Assembly (NCBI GenBank): GCA_050011565.1
Contig: JBEKIW010000004.1
Span: forward strand, 32,001 to 96,000
Direction of reading: 5' to 3'
DNA from: Dehalococcoidia bacterium
Lineage (GTDB): Bacteria; Chloroflexota; Dehalococcoidia; GIF9; UBA5629
Length of the DNA: 64,000 bases
The notes beneath the pieces were generated by a model. The model saw nothing but the letters and a program-made list of their open reading frames with translations, was not told the DNA's origin and made no database searches. The position numbers were made by a program, and so were the translations under genes. Shown here in pieces: positions 1-8,447 of the stretch; the first letter of the stretch is position 1, and every line of letters begins with the position of its first letter.

Positions 1-446
1 TGCATACCAACCGGATTTTTAATTCTTTCCTGGCTATCCAGAGCGTAGTTGCGGGGGATGGCATGTAGTATCCTGCGGTCATCCGGCAGATTGACCTGCT
101 GGGCGGACGAAAGCACTCGCTTCAAATCGTCGTGCCGAACCAGGCGGTCATTACGTGGTATGGCTACCACTCCGTGGCTGTTAATCGAACTTATATGTCT
201 GCCGGTAACGCCTATATAAGCCGATTCGACTTTAAGACCGCTTGCTTGTTCAGCCCTCCTTATCGACTCACAGACTGCTTCTTTCGCCTCCTCAACGTTG
301 ACCACCATACCTTTATGCATACCATGTGACGGCACGAGGCCTACTCCTAATACCTGCACGTTGCCTCCGGAATCAAGTGAGCCGATGATGGTGCATATTT
401 TGGTTGTGCCAACGTCAATTGCTGAGATGAGTTTCTTCATGGCCAT
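1..446 (-). CDS. ftsA: Cell division protein FtsA (N-terminal part; runs off the window edge)
   Basis: Manual translation from ATG at 446 with GGAGGA RBS: MAMKKLISAIDVGTTKICTII...GMHKGMVVNVEEA...SAYIGVTGRHI, the FtsA signature. Not in the ORF track because it is truncated. Confidence 0.95.
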   Translation of the reverse strand, partial: MAMKKLISAIDVGTTKICTIIGSLDSGGNVQVLGVGLVPSHGMHKGMVVNVEEAKEAVCESIRRAEQASGLKVESAYIGVTGRHISSINSHGVVAIPRNDRLVRHDDLKRVLSSAQQVNLPDDRRILHAIPRNYALDSQERIKNPVGM

Positions 447-505
447 TTTGTCCTCCTTTATTTTATTTAAGTGGAACTTCCTCCATTAATAATTTTTCTA
501 TTTTA

Positions 506-1441
506 TTAAAGGCGCTCGGCTACTCTAAGCTTGGCGCTGCGACTGCGAGGATTGGATTTAATTTCGCCTAGAGATGGTGTGATTATCTTCTTGGTTATTA
601 TTTTCAGGCTGGCCACGTGTCCACACTGACAGACAGGGATAGCCGGCGAGCAAATACATCCTTTGCTTTCTGTCAGCATAAATTGTTTGACGATTCGATC
701 TTCCAGGGAGTGATAACTTATGACCGCCAGCCTGCCTCCGTGGTTAAGACAGTTTATGGTTTGTTTCAGCGCCGCCGAAAGGTTTTCGAGCTCGTGATTG
801 ATATAGATGCGCAGCGCCATGAAAGTTCTGGTGGCCGGATGAATTTTACCGCGATAGCCGCCGGTAGCTTTTTCTATTGCATCGACTAATTGAAGCGTAT
901 CGTTGATAGGCCGGCTGTTTACGATATGCCGGGCTATCCGTTTGCTATATCGCTCTTCACCGTAGGTCTTGATTATTTCGCTTAACCTTTCCTCGGGGAA
1001 AGTGTTTACCACATCGGCCGCAGTAAATTCCTGAGTTGAGTCGAAACGCATATCTAAAGGGCCATACTGCTGGAAGCTGAAACCACGTTCAGAATCGTCA
1101 AGCTGGGCGGATGATAGACCAAGGTCAAAGAGAATGCCCTGTACAGGTAAGAACCTGTTTTCTCTGCAAATTGCCTCCAGACTAAGAAAATTGCCGTTCA
1201 CCAGAATAGTATCCTCGATGTATTCGGCCATCCTGTCCTTAGCTGTCTCAATAGCTTTCGGGTCGGCATCTATGCCGAGGAGCTGTCCTCCAGGCAGAAT
1301 CCTTGTCAGAATGGCTGCAGCATGTCCTCCGTTTCCCAGGGTGCAGTCGACATATCTTTCTCCGGGGTGAGGACGCAGGGCTTCCACGACCTCATTAAGC
1401 AGCACCGGTTTATGAACAGGTATAGTCATGGTCAGGCTCAT
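506..1441 (-). CDS. rsmH: 16S rRNA (C1402-N4)-methyltransferase RsmH/MraW
   Basis: HKPVLLNEV, DCTLGNGGHA, DLGLSS, GPLDMR, HPATRTF, NPRSRSAKLR motifs. Start moved to ATG 1441, overlapping the mraZ stop (ATGA). Confidence 0.97.
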   Translation of the reverse strand: MSLTMTIPVHKPVLLNEVVEALRPHPGERYVDCTLGNGGHAAAILTRILPGGQLLGIDADPKAIETAKDRMAEYIEDTILVNGNFLSLEAICRENRFLPVQGILFDLGLSSAQLDDSERGFSFQQYGPLDMRFDSTQEFTAADVVNTFPEERLSEIIKTYGEERYSKRIARHIVNSRPINDTLQLVDAIEKATGGYRGKIHPATRTFMALRIYINHELENLSAALKQTINCLNHGGRLAVISYHSLEDRIVKQFMLTESKGCICSPAIPVCQCGHVASLKIITKKIITPSLGEIKSNPRSRSAKLRVAERL

Positions 1442-1866
1442 CGTTGTTCCTCGAGGCTTTCTATGATTTGCCACAGTTGTTCTTCGGCTGCCGTTTTTTC
1501 GGTTTTCCATAAAGTAGGGTTCCATACTTCAACACAGTTGTTAGAACCGACTACAAAAGCGGTGTCGCCTATTTCAACGCGGCTTCGCAGAGTGGGAGGT
1601 AGAGCTACTCTACCCTGGCCATCCAGCGAAAGGCTGAAAGCAGTACCGAACATCGCCCGGTTCATGGTTCTTACTTTGCTGGACGGCAGGGCCTTAGCCG
1701 ACAAGGTGTCAGCTACTTTGTGCCACTCCTCGACAGGATAAATGACGATGCACTTTTCCAGCCCTTTAGTCAATACCAGTTCACCCATCAATTCCTGTCT
1801 GAATTTAGGGGGCAAAGGCAACCTGCCCTTATTATCGACTTTATATTCGTATTCGCCGAGAAACAT
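1438..1866 (-). CDS. mraZ: Division/cell-wall cluster transcriptional repressor MraZ
   Basis: MFLGEYEYKVDNKGRLPLP...LDGQGRVALP, two SpoVT/AbrB repeats; directly upstream of rsmH. Confidence 0.97.
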   Translation of the reverse strand: MFLGEYEYKVDNKGRLPLPPKFRQELMGELVLTKGLEKCIVIYPVEEWHKVADTLSAKALPSSKVRTMNRAMFGTAFSLSLDGQGRVALPPTLRSRVEIGDTAFVVGSNNCVEVWNPTLWKTEKTAAEEQLWQIIESLEEQR

Positions 1867-1886
1867 ATCTGCCTAATCCCGGGTGT

Positions 1887-2252
1887 TTAAGCCAGTACGG
1901 GCTCCCCTTCAAGCTGCTTTTCTAAGATCCTGATTTCGTTCCAATCCAGTCTAGCCAGTTCTTCAATGTATTCCTGCGTCTGAGGATCGCTGGCCAGAGA
2001 GTAGGTGATGAGGCCGTTACCATCTTCTTGTTCCTGCAAGATGCCTTTTTCAATTAAAGTCCGGATGGCTTCCCTCAAGTTAATTCTGGCGGTGTCCAGA
2101 GCGTTAGCAATGGTATAAAGACTTAACTTCGTTCTGGGATGGCGCGCCCAAAAATGGATTAACTGGAGTTCAAGATTGGTACGGCTGTTCTCCTTTAAGA
2201 AATTGAACAGTCTACTATTGGCTAATCTATACTGAACACAATCAATGACCAT
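1887..2252 (-). CDS. Hypothetical protein, probable winged helix-turn-helix
   Basis: 121 aa ORF with GGAGG RBS; LYTIANALD...LREAIRTLIEKGIL pattern resembles a wHTH; co-oriented with mraZ, 20 bp gap. Confidence 0.7.
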   Translation of the reverse strand: MVIDCVQYRLANSRLFNFLKENSRTNLELQLIHFWARHPRTKLSLYTIANALDTARINLREAIRTLIEKGILQEQEDGNGLITYSLASDPQTQEYIEELARLDWNEIRILEKQLEGEPVLA

Positions 2253-2261
2253 TACATTCCT

Positions 2262-2333
2262 CCTTTACCACTTTTTACCACTTTTAACCATTATATTACA
2301 CATCTTACCCAATTTGTCAATACCTTTACCACC
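2262..2333 (-). promoter_or_regulatory. Promoter with 10-bp-periodic (G/A)TGGT repeats (MraZ/DCW-box-like)
   Basis: Minus strand has TTGACA (2315-2320), TAATATAAT (2290-2298), then ATGGTTAAAA-GTGGTAAAAA-GTGGTAAAGG (2262-2291), with another GTGGTAAAG near 2324-2332. Confidence 0.7.
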
Positions 2334-2524
2334 GGATTTCGTATTATTTTTATGAAATTTTTCCACTTTGGTCCGTTGTTTGTCTTGCAATGCCCAATAA
2401 ATAGTAATTATGGCCCGACTTTCTCTATATCTAGTGATAGCGCTAAAGATAATCTCACCCTGAGGTAGTACTAAAGTATGGGTCGACTTTTCGGTTTTGA
2501 GCTTTAGGTATGGTATGGTAAAAT

Positions 2525-3028
2525 ATGCAAATGCGAGCCGGTATACTTGTCATTAGTGACAAGGGGTGGCGTGGTGAGCGACTCGACAAGAGTGGGCAGA
2601 CAGCTAAGGAAGTTATCAGTCAACTTAGCCTTGATATTTTGAAATACGAGGTTGTGCCGGATGAGGCGGATATAATTTCAAATAAGCTTAGAGAGTGGTG
2701 CGATGAGGGCGGCCTTGACCTGATACTGACCAGCGGTGGTACCGGATTATCGGATAGAGATGTCACGCCGGAGGCAACGTTAGCGGTTGTAGATAAGGTT
2801 GTTCCGGGTTTGACAGAGGCGATGAGAATGGAAACGATGAAGAGAAAGCCTGAGGCGATACTTAGTCGAGCTGTTGCCGGTAGTCGGGGCAGGTGTTTAA
2901 TTATTAATCTGCCGGGCAGCCCCAAGGCAGTGAAGGAATGCCTGGAGGTAATTCTGCCGGTTCTACCTCATGCACTGGATGTTCTCGGCGGGAGAGTGTC
3001 TGATTGTGGTCACGGTGGAGACAGCTAA
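2525..3028 (+). CDS. mog: Molybdopterin adenylyltransferase (MogA/MoaB family)
   Basis: ISDKG...DKSG, LILTSGGTGLSDRDVTPEAT, LSRAVAG, NLPGSPKAV motifs. Confidence 0.92.
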   Translation: MQMRAGILVISDKGWRGERLDKSGQTAKEVISQLSLDILKYEVVPDEADIISNKLREWCDEGGLDLILTSGGTGLSDRDVTPEATLAVVDKVVPGLTEAMRMETMKRKPEAILSRAVAGSRGRCLIINLPGSPKAVKECLEVILPVLPHALDVLGGRVSDCGHGGDS

Positions 3029-3769
3029 ATGCGAATTGATATTTTGACGTTATTTCCCCAGATGTTTGATGGCTTGTTGAATTGCAGCATTATCGCCAGA
3101 GCCAGAGAGCGTGGCCTGGTTGATATCAGACTTCACGATATTCGTGCTCACACTCATGATAAACATCATGTTGTGGATGATTATCCCTACGGTGGCGGAG
3201 CCGGAATGGTTCTCAAACCGGAGCCTATATTTGAAGCCGTGGAAGCCATTAAAGTAGAACTCGGGTTGTCAACGGTGCCGATTATTCTGCTAAGCCCTCA
3301 AGGTCGACTTTTCAATCAGACTGTTGCCCGGGATTTAGCAGGATATGAGCATCTTATTCTTATCTGCGGTCATTATGAAGGTGTTGATGAGAGAGTAGCC
3401 GAGCATTTGGCCACTGACGAGATCAGTATTGGCGACTATTTGCTCAGCGGCGGTGAAATAGCAGCTATGGCTGTGACAGACTGTATAGTAAGGTTATTGC
3501 CCGGTGTGCTTGGCTCCGAGGCATCACTTGCTGAAGAGTCGCACGTTGGAGGGCTGCTGGAATATCCGCAGTATACTCGCCCGGAGACATTTCGTGACTG
3601 GGCAGTACCGTCGATCTTACTGTCGGGGGACCATGGAGACGTTGCCCGATGGCGGCGTCAGCAAAGCTTAATACGAACAGCAAAGGGGCGCCCGGACCTG
3701 CTGGAGAAAGCTGAGCTTTCCACCGAGGATAAAAAGTTACTCAACGAAGCCTCTAAAATTAAGTCATAG
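3029..3769 (+). CDS. trmD: tRNA (guanine-N1)-methyltransferase TrmD
   Basis: [46 protein letters not shown]. Confidence 0.98.
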   Translation: MRIDILTLFPQMFDGLLNCSIIARARERGLVDIRLHDIRAHTHDKHHVVDDYPYGGGAGMVLKPEPIFEAVEAIKVELGLSTVPIILLSPQGRLFNQTVARDLAGYEHLILICGHYEGVDERVAEHLATDEISIGDYLLSGGEIAAMAVTDCIVRLLPGVLGSEASLAEESHVGGLLEYPQYTRPETFRDWAVPSILLSGDHGDVARWRRQQSLIRTAKGRPDLLEKAELSTEDKKLLNEASKIKS

Positions 3770-3786
3770 AAGGGATGTAATTGTAA

Positions 3787-4245
3787 ATGAATATCAACTC
3801 CATCAGTAAAGTTAAGGTAAATCCTAAAATACCTCAAATCAGCCCGGGGGATACGGTAAAGGTTAGTTTTAAGGTTAAGGAAGCTAATAAAGAACGTGTT
3901 CAAACTTTGAGTGGCCTGGTAGTCAGGGCTAGAAAAGGAGCCAGCGGCGGTAACTTTACGGTCAGGCGCGTTACCTCCGGGATTGGTGTTGAGCACACCT
4001 TTCCCTTTGCCTCTCCGTCTTTGGAAAAAGTTGAGGTGGTACGGCACGGGAAGGTTCGCCGGGCCAAGCTATATTACATTCGCCGCCTGAGTGCTCGAGA
4101 GGCACGACTTAAGGAGAGACGCGAAAAGATGACGGAAAAAGCTACGGCTCTGGAAGCTACCGGTATAGAGGGTGAAATTGAAGAGCCTGTGGCGGAGCCG
4201 GAAGCGGCTGAAGAAGAGGTTGAAGAAGTCAAAGAAGCTGAATGA
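3787..4245 (+). CDS. rplS: 50S ribosomal protein L19 with acidic C-terminal tail
   Basis: PGDTVKV, FTVRRV..GIGVEHTFP, GKVRRAKLYYIR; follows trmD. Confidence 0.97.
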   Translation: MNINSISKVKVNPKIPQISPGDTVKVSFKVKEANKERVQTLSGLVVRARKGASGGNFTVRRVTSGIGVEHTFPFASPSLEKVEVVRHGKVRRAKLYYIRRLSAREARLKERREKMTEKATALEATGIEGEIEEPVAEPEAAEEEVEEVKEAE

Positions 4246-6674
4246 ACTATGCGGAAGTTGCGGTCAACTCACCTATTGCTCAACGTCGTAGTTTTTGTTA
4301 CTCAATTCCCCCTGAGCTGAATATTGATATCGGGCAAGCCGTCTGGGTGCCTTTTGGTTCTAAAACCCTGCAGGGCATTGTCGTCAAGTTAAGCGATTAC
4401 CCCTCGTTCGAAGCCACTAGAGAAATCGACGATATCATTGCACCCCTTCCTCTACTGTCTTCAGTTCAAATTGAGATTGCCCTGTGGTTAAGCAAACATT
4501 ACCTTGCCCCTCTTTTTGATTCTGTGGCTTTGATGCTGCCTCCGGGGTTCGAACGGCGTCTGGTTACTTTTCTGCAGCTCCTGTCAGTTCCAGTCGATTC
4601 ACAGCTCAGCGCTGAGCAGGAACAATTTATTAATCTTCTTAAAGATAGGGATAAGGTCAGCTTAAAGGAAGTCGAGCGGAAGTTAGGCAAAAAGAAAACC
4701 GAGTCGGTTGCTCAGCAGCTTTTGCGGCGCGGGCTACTGGCGAAAAGTCAGCAGCTTGAGGAAGCCAGAATAAAGCCAAAGCTGGTCACTCATTTGAAAC
4801 TGCAGATTGATAGAAGCAGGGCTGAAACAGAAATCATGAGGCTGAAGGCAGCCAGGGCTAATAAGGAAGCGGCAGTGCTTGAATTGCTGCTTAATAGACC
4901 AGGATTGGTTCCGTTGCCTGAACTTAGAAAGTCTGCCGCTTTCTCGAAGGCAGCGATTGAGTCTTTGAAAAGCCGCGGTTTAGTAACGGTGGCCGAGGTT
5001 GCTATCAGGCGTGACCCTTTGGCTCACCTTAATATTGCTGCGTCATTACCACCGAAGCTTACATCATCACAGGAAATGGCATGGCAAAAGATACAAACTG
5101 GCATATCTCCAGAATACCGGGATAAAACGCGTCCTGTCTTTTTGCTTCATGGCGTTACCGGCAGCGGTAAGACCGAGATATATCTGCGAGCGTTGACTGA
5201 AGTTGTGGCTCGAGGTAAACGAGGTATCTGTCTTGTCCCTGAAATTGCACTTACTCCGCAGACGATAGAGCGTTTTGCTTCTCGATTCCAGGGCCGTGTC
5301 GCTGTCATTCACAGCGGGCTGTCATTAGGTGAGCAATTTGATGAGTGGTATCGGATAAAAGAAGGCGGCTGTGATGTTGTTATTGGTCCGCGTAGTGCCC
5401 TTTTTGCACCTCAGCCGGACCTGGGATTGATTGTTCTTGATGAAGAGCATGAATGGACGTATAAACAATCTGACAAGTCGCCGCGATATCATGCTCGAGA
5501 CGTGGCAATTAAACTGGCTAAACTCAGCGGTGCCGTGGTCATTCTGGGCAGTGCCACGCCTGACGTGGAGACTTACTATAGAGCACAGCGGGGAGATTAC
5601 CAGCTTATTGAGCTCAAAGAGCGCATTACGCCTTATGGCCCGTCTCCCTTACCTGAAGTTGATGTTGTGGATATGAAGGAAGAGCTTAAAGCCGGGAACC
5701 GCAGCCTTTTCAGTCGCTCTCTAATTAAGGAAATGACTGAAGCATTGGCTCATAATGAACAGGTGATTCTGTTTCTCAATCGGCGCGGCACGGCCACATT
5801 TGTTCAATGTCGGAAATGTGGATTCGTTTTCCGTTGTTCACACTGCACTGCGGCGCTAACTTATCACTCGGTAACCAAAAAGATGGTCTGCCATCACTGT
5901 AATTATTCCATTGCTGTGCCTGCGGATTGTCCACAATGTCTTAGCCAAGAGCTCAGGTTCCTGGGTGTCGGTACTCAAAGGATAGAAGAAGAAGTCAGGC
6001 AGCTTTTCCCCAATGTACGTGCTCTTCGTTGGGATAGTGATATGACTTCCAGGCGGCGGGCCCATGAGGAAATATTGACTAAGGTCCGAGCTCACGAGGC
6101 TGACGTACTTATCGGCACGCAGATGGTGGCCAAAGGATTGGACCTGCCTGAGGTAACACTGGCTGGCGTGATAAGTGCTGACACCAGTTTGAATTTGCCT
6201 GATTTTAGGGCTGGGGAACGTACTTTCCAACTTTTGTGCCAGGTAGCCGGTAGGGCGGGAAGAGGCTTTATGCCCGGTAGGGTTATTCTACAAACTTACT
6301 GTCCGGAGCATTATGCTGTTCAGGCAGCTTCAAGGCATGATTATTCAGCCTTTTATGCTAGAGAGTTGGAATATCGCCGTCAGTTTGGTTATCCTCCTTT
6401 CAGCCGATTAGCCTCTCTTACCTTTAGTCATACAAATGAAACAGCTTGTTTGCAAGAAGTTGAGAGGATGGGCCGCTTACTTACGGTCGAAAAAGATAGG
6501 CGGGGCGTCCCTGACTTAAGATTGATTGGGCCTATGCCAGCTTTTGTACCCCGGCTCAGAGGACATTATCGATGGCAGCTGGTCCTTTGTGGAACTGACC
6601 TGGATGACTTCCTGACAGACGTAGCCTTTCCTCGAGGCTGGGTTGTGGACATCGATCCGGTCGGTATGGTTTAA
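4242..6674 (+). CDS. priA: Primosomal protein N' (replication restart helicase)
   Basis: GVTGSGKTEIY, DEEH, SATP, four CxxC pairs, IGTQMVAKGLD, QVAGRAGR. Confidence 0.98.
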   Translation: MNYAEVAVNSPIAQRRSFCYSIPPELNIDIGQAVWVPFGSKTLQGIVVKLSDYPSFEATREIDDIIAPLPLLSSVQIEIALWLSKHYLAPLFDSVALMLPPGFERRLVTFLQLLSVPVDSQLSAEQEQFINLLKDRDKVSLKEVERKLGKKKTESVAQQLLRRGLLAKSQQLEEARIKPKLVTHLKLQIDRSRAETEIMRLKAARANKEAAVLELLLNRPGLVPLPELRKSAAFSKAAIESLKSRGLVTVAEVAIRRDPLAHLNIAASLPPKLTSSQEMAWQKIQTGISPEYRDKTRPVFLLHGVTGSGKTEIYLRALTEVVARGKRGICLVPEIALTPQTIERFASRFQGRVAVIHSGLSLGEQFDEWYRIKEGGCDVVIGPRSALFAPQPDLGLIVLDEEHEWTYKQSDKSPRYHARDVAIKLAKLSGAVVILGSATPDVETYYRAQRGDYQLIELKERITPYGPSPLPEVDVVDMKEELKAGNRSLFSRSLIKEMTEALAHNEQVILFLNRRGTATFVQCRKCGFVFRCSHCTAALTYHSVTKKMVCHHCNYSIAVPADCPQCLSQELRFLGVGTQRIEEEVRQLFPNVRALRWDSDMTSRRRAHEEILTKVRAHEADVLIGTQMVAKGLDLPEVTLAGVISADTSLNLPDFRAGERTFQLLCQVAGRAGRGFMPGRVILQTYCPEHYAVQAASRHDYSAFYARELEYRRQFGYPPFSRLASLTFSHTNETACLQEVERMGRLLTVEKDRRGVPDLRLIGPMPAFVPRLRGHYRWQLVLCGTDLDDFLTDVAFPRGWVVDIDPVGMV

Positions 6675-6685
6675 TAGGTCGTTAA

Positions 6686-7177
6686 ATGAGCGTACGTGCT
6701 ATTCGGGTTTTACCAGACCCCGTACTCAGACAAAAAGCTAAAAAAGTATCCAAGATTGATAAGTCTGTTCAGCAGCTTATCGATGATATGATAGAGACCA
6801 TGAGGGCAGCCTCCGGGGTTGGTTTAGCAGCAAATCAAATCGGAGTACCGCTGAAAATAGCTGTGATTGAAATACCGGGCGAAGAAGTCACTGTATTGGT
6901 TAATCCTGAGATAATAAAAAGGGAAGGCGAGCGTACCATAGGGGAGGCTTGTTTAAGCGTTCCCGGCTATCAAGGGGAGATTAAGCGTTCAGTCTGTGTC
7001 AAAGTAAAAGCCAGGGATAAACAGGGGCATAATATACGTATCAAAGGGGAGGAACTCCTGGCTCAAGCGCTAGAGCATGAGATAGACCATCTTAACGGTA
7101 TATTGTATATCGACCGTGTGGAAGAGCCGGACAAGTTACATAAGGTGGAACCTGAAACAGGTCAAGAAGAGCTTTAG
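6686..7177 (+). CDS. def: Peptide deformylase
   Basis: GVGLAANQIG, EACLSVPG, HEIDHLNG. Confidence 0.97.
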   Translation: MSVRAIRVLPDPVLRQKAKKVSKIDKSVQQLIDDMIETMRAASGVGLAANQIGVPLKIAVIEIPGEEVTVLVNPEIIKREGERTIGEACLSVPGYQGEIKRSVCVKVKARDKQGHNIRIKGEELLAQALEHEIDHLNGILYIDRVEEPDKLHKVEPETGQEEL

Positions 7178-7193
7178 TTATTCGGCAGTTGAG

Positions 7194-8315
7194 CTAGCTC
7201 TGCCATTCCATCTCGACAACGAATCTGCCAGTTAATCCCTCTAATTCCACATTGTAGAAACCCGGCGTAGTTTTGGCGATTTTGAATGATATTTTCCGAT
7301 TTTCACCCGGGCCGAGGTCTATCTCTTCGGTACTTTCAACGGCGCCCTTTAGTTTAAGCGCTGCGCTGTAAGTGCCGGGAAGTTCACCGTTGTTGCTTAC
7401 CATGGCACTAATAATAATGTTTTCTCCTTGCTTGGCGCGTTCAGGTGCTATGATTAAATTGCTTACTGTAAAATTTGCCGGATCCAGCGGTATGATAATG
7501 AAAATACCGCTCAGGCCGTCCACTTCGGCGTAATATTCACCCCCATCCTTGTTTACAGTGAATGTGGTGGCCTGAGTTGCCCCGGGTGATAGCATCAGGT
7601 CTATTATGTTCTCGACCATGCCGTTTATCCGCAATACTACGCTGTATGTGCCGGCTTCAGAGCCGTTATTGGATACTATGGCGCTAATGGTTACCGGATT
7701 CCCATATTTTACCTGGTTTGGCGTAATAGTCAGATTGCTCACCGAAAATATAGGTCTTCTAGCATATTGTGGGTATGGGGCTGCCATTGGACCTGGTGCT
7801 GGAAATGCTCCCGGCGCTTGAAATTGTTCCTGCATAGGGAACCCTCCCGGAGCTTGGGGTGGCATTGTGGTTCCGACGGGTTGATTGAAGGAGCCAGGGC
7901 CTGACATCGGAGTTGGGATTGGCATCGGTCCTTGCGGTCCCTGCATCCCTTGCATGCCAGGCATACCCTGCATACCACCAGGCATTCCCTGCGCACCTTT
8001 GATAGCTGCTGCACCTTGCTTCTTGCGTGATGGCACGGTCACAAGCACTATAATCATTATGAGCAATGCGCCGATTACGCCGCCGATAGTCCACCAGGCC
8101 CACCGGGGGAAAATAGACCAGAAAGACGTTCCCCCTAAAGCCGTGACGTTATCCCCTTCTCCAGCAGACGTGACATTATCTCCCGCTTGAGCTGGATATA
8201 GGCTAATCGTTGGATTTTCTATCTCAAGCTTAGCTGCTGAGCTGGTTGAAACATTAGCCAGTAAAGCGACAGCTAGTAATAAGATTACCGGCAGCATACG
8301 AAGCACTTTTCTCAT
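7194..8315 (-). CDS. Membrane protein: signal peptide, one TM helix, Pro/Gly/Met/Gln-rich linker, two CARDB-like Ig domains
   Basis: Hydrophobic N-terminus, TM near aa 73-95, PGGMQGMPGMQGMQG tract, two repeats of F(S/T)VSNL.I.P...ISA.VSNNG...GTYS. Confidence 0.75.
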   Translation of the reverse strand: MRKVLRMLPVILLLAVALLANVSTSSAAKLEIENPTISLYPAQAGDNVTSAGEGDNVTALGGTSFWSIFPRWAWWTIGGVIGALLIMIIVLVTVPSRKKQGAAAIKGAQGMPGGMQGMPGMQGMQGPQGPMPIPTPMSGPGSFNQPVGTTMPPQAPGGFPMQEQFQAPGAFPAPGPMAAPYPQYARRPIFSVSNLTITPNQVKYGNPVTISAIVSNNGSEAGTYSVVLRINGMVENIIDLMLSPGATQATTFTVNKDGGEYYAEVDGLSGIFIIIPLDPANFTVSNLIIAPERAKQGENIIISAMVSNNGELPGTYSAALKLKGAVESTEEIDLGPGENRKISFKIAKTTPGFYNVELEGLTGRFVVEMEWQS

Positions 8316-8447
8316 GCTTGCCTCCTGTAGTCTTTCATAGTTCAGATGCTAATACTGTACGATAAAACGAGCTATAAATCAATAGGTGTGCTTTGGTAGT
8401 CGGTTTTCCGAGCAGTGATGAGTAGGAGACCGGACAATTTTTACAGT

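Noticed and set aside
7930-8000. Short tandem-like repeats (CCCTGCAT-type units)
   Set aside because: Explained by the coding PGMQG low-complexity tract; not a CRISPR array or independent repeat.
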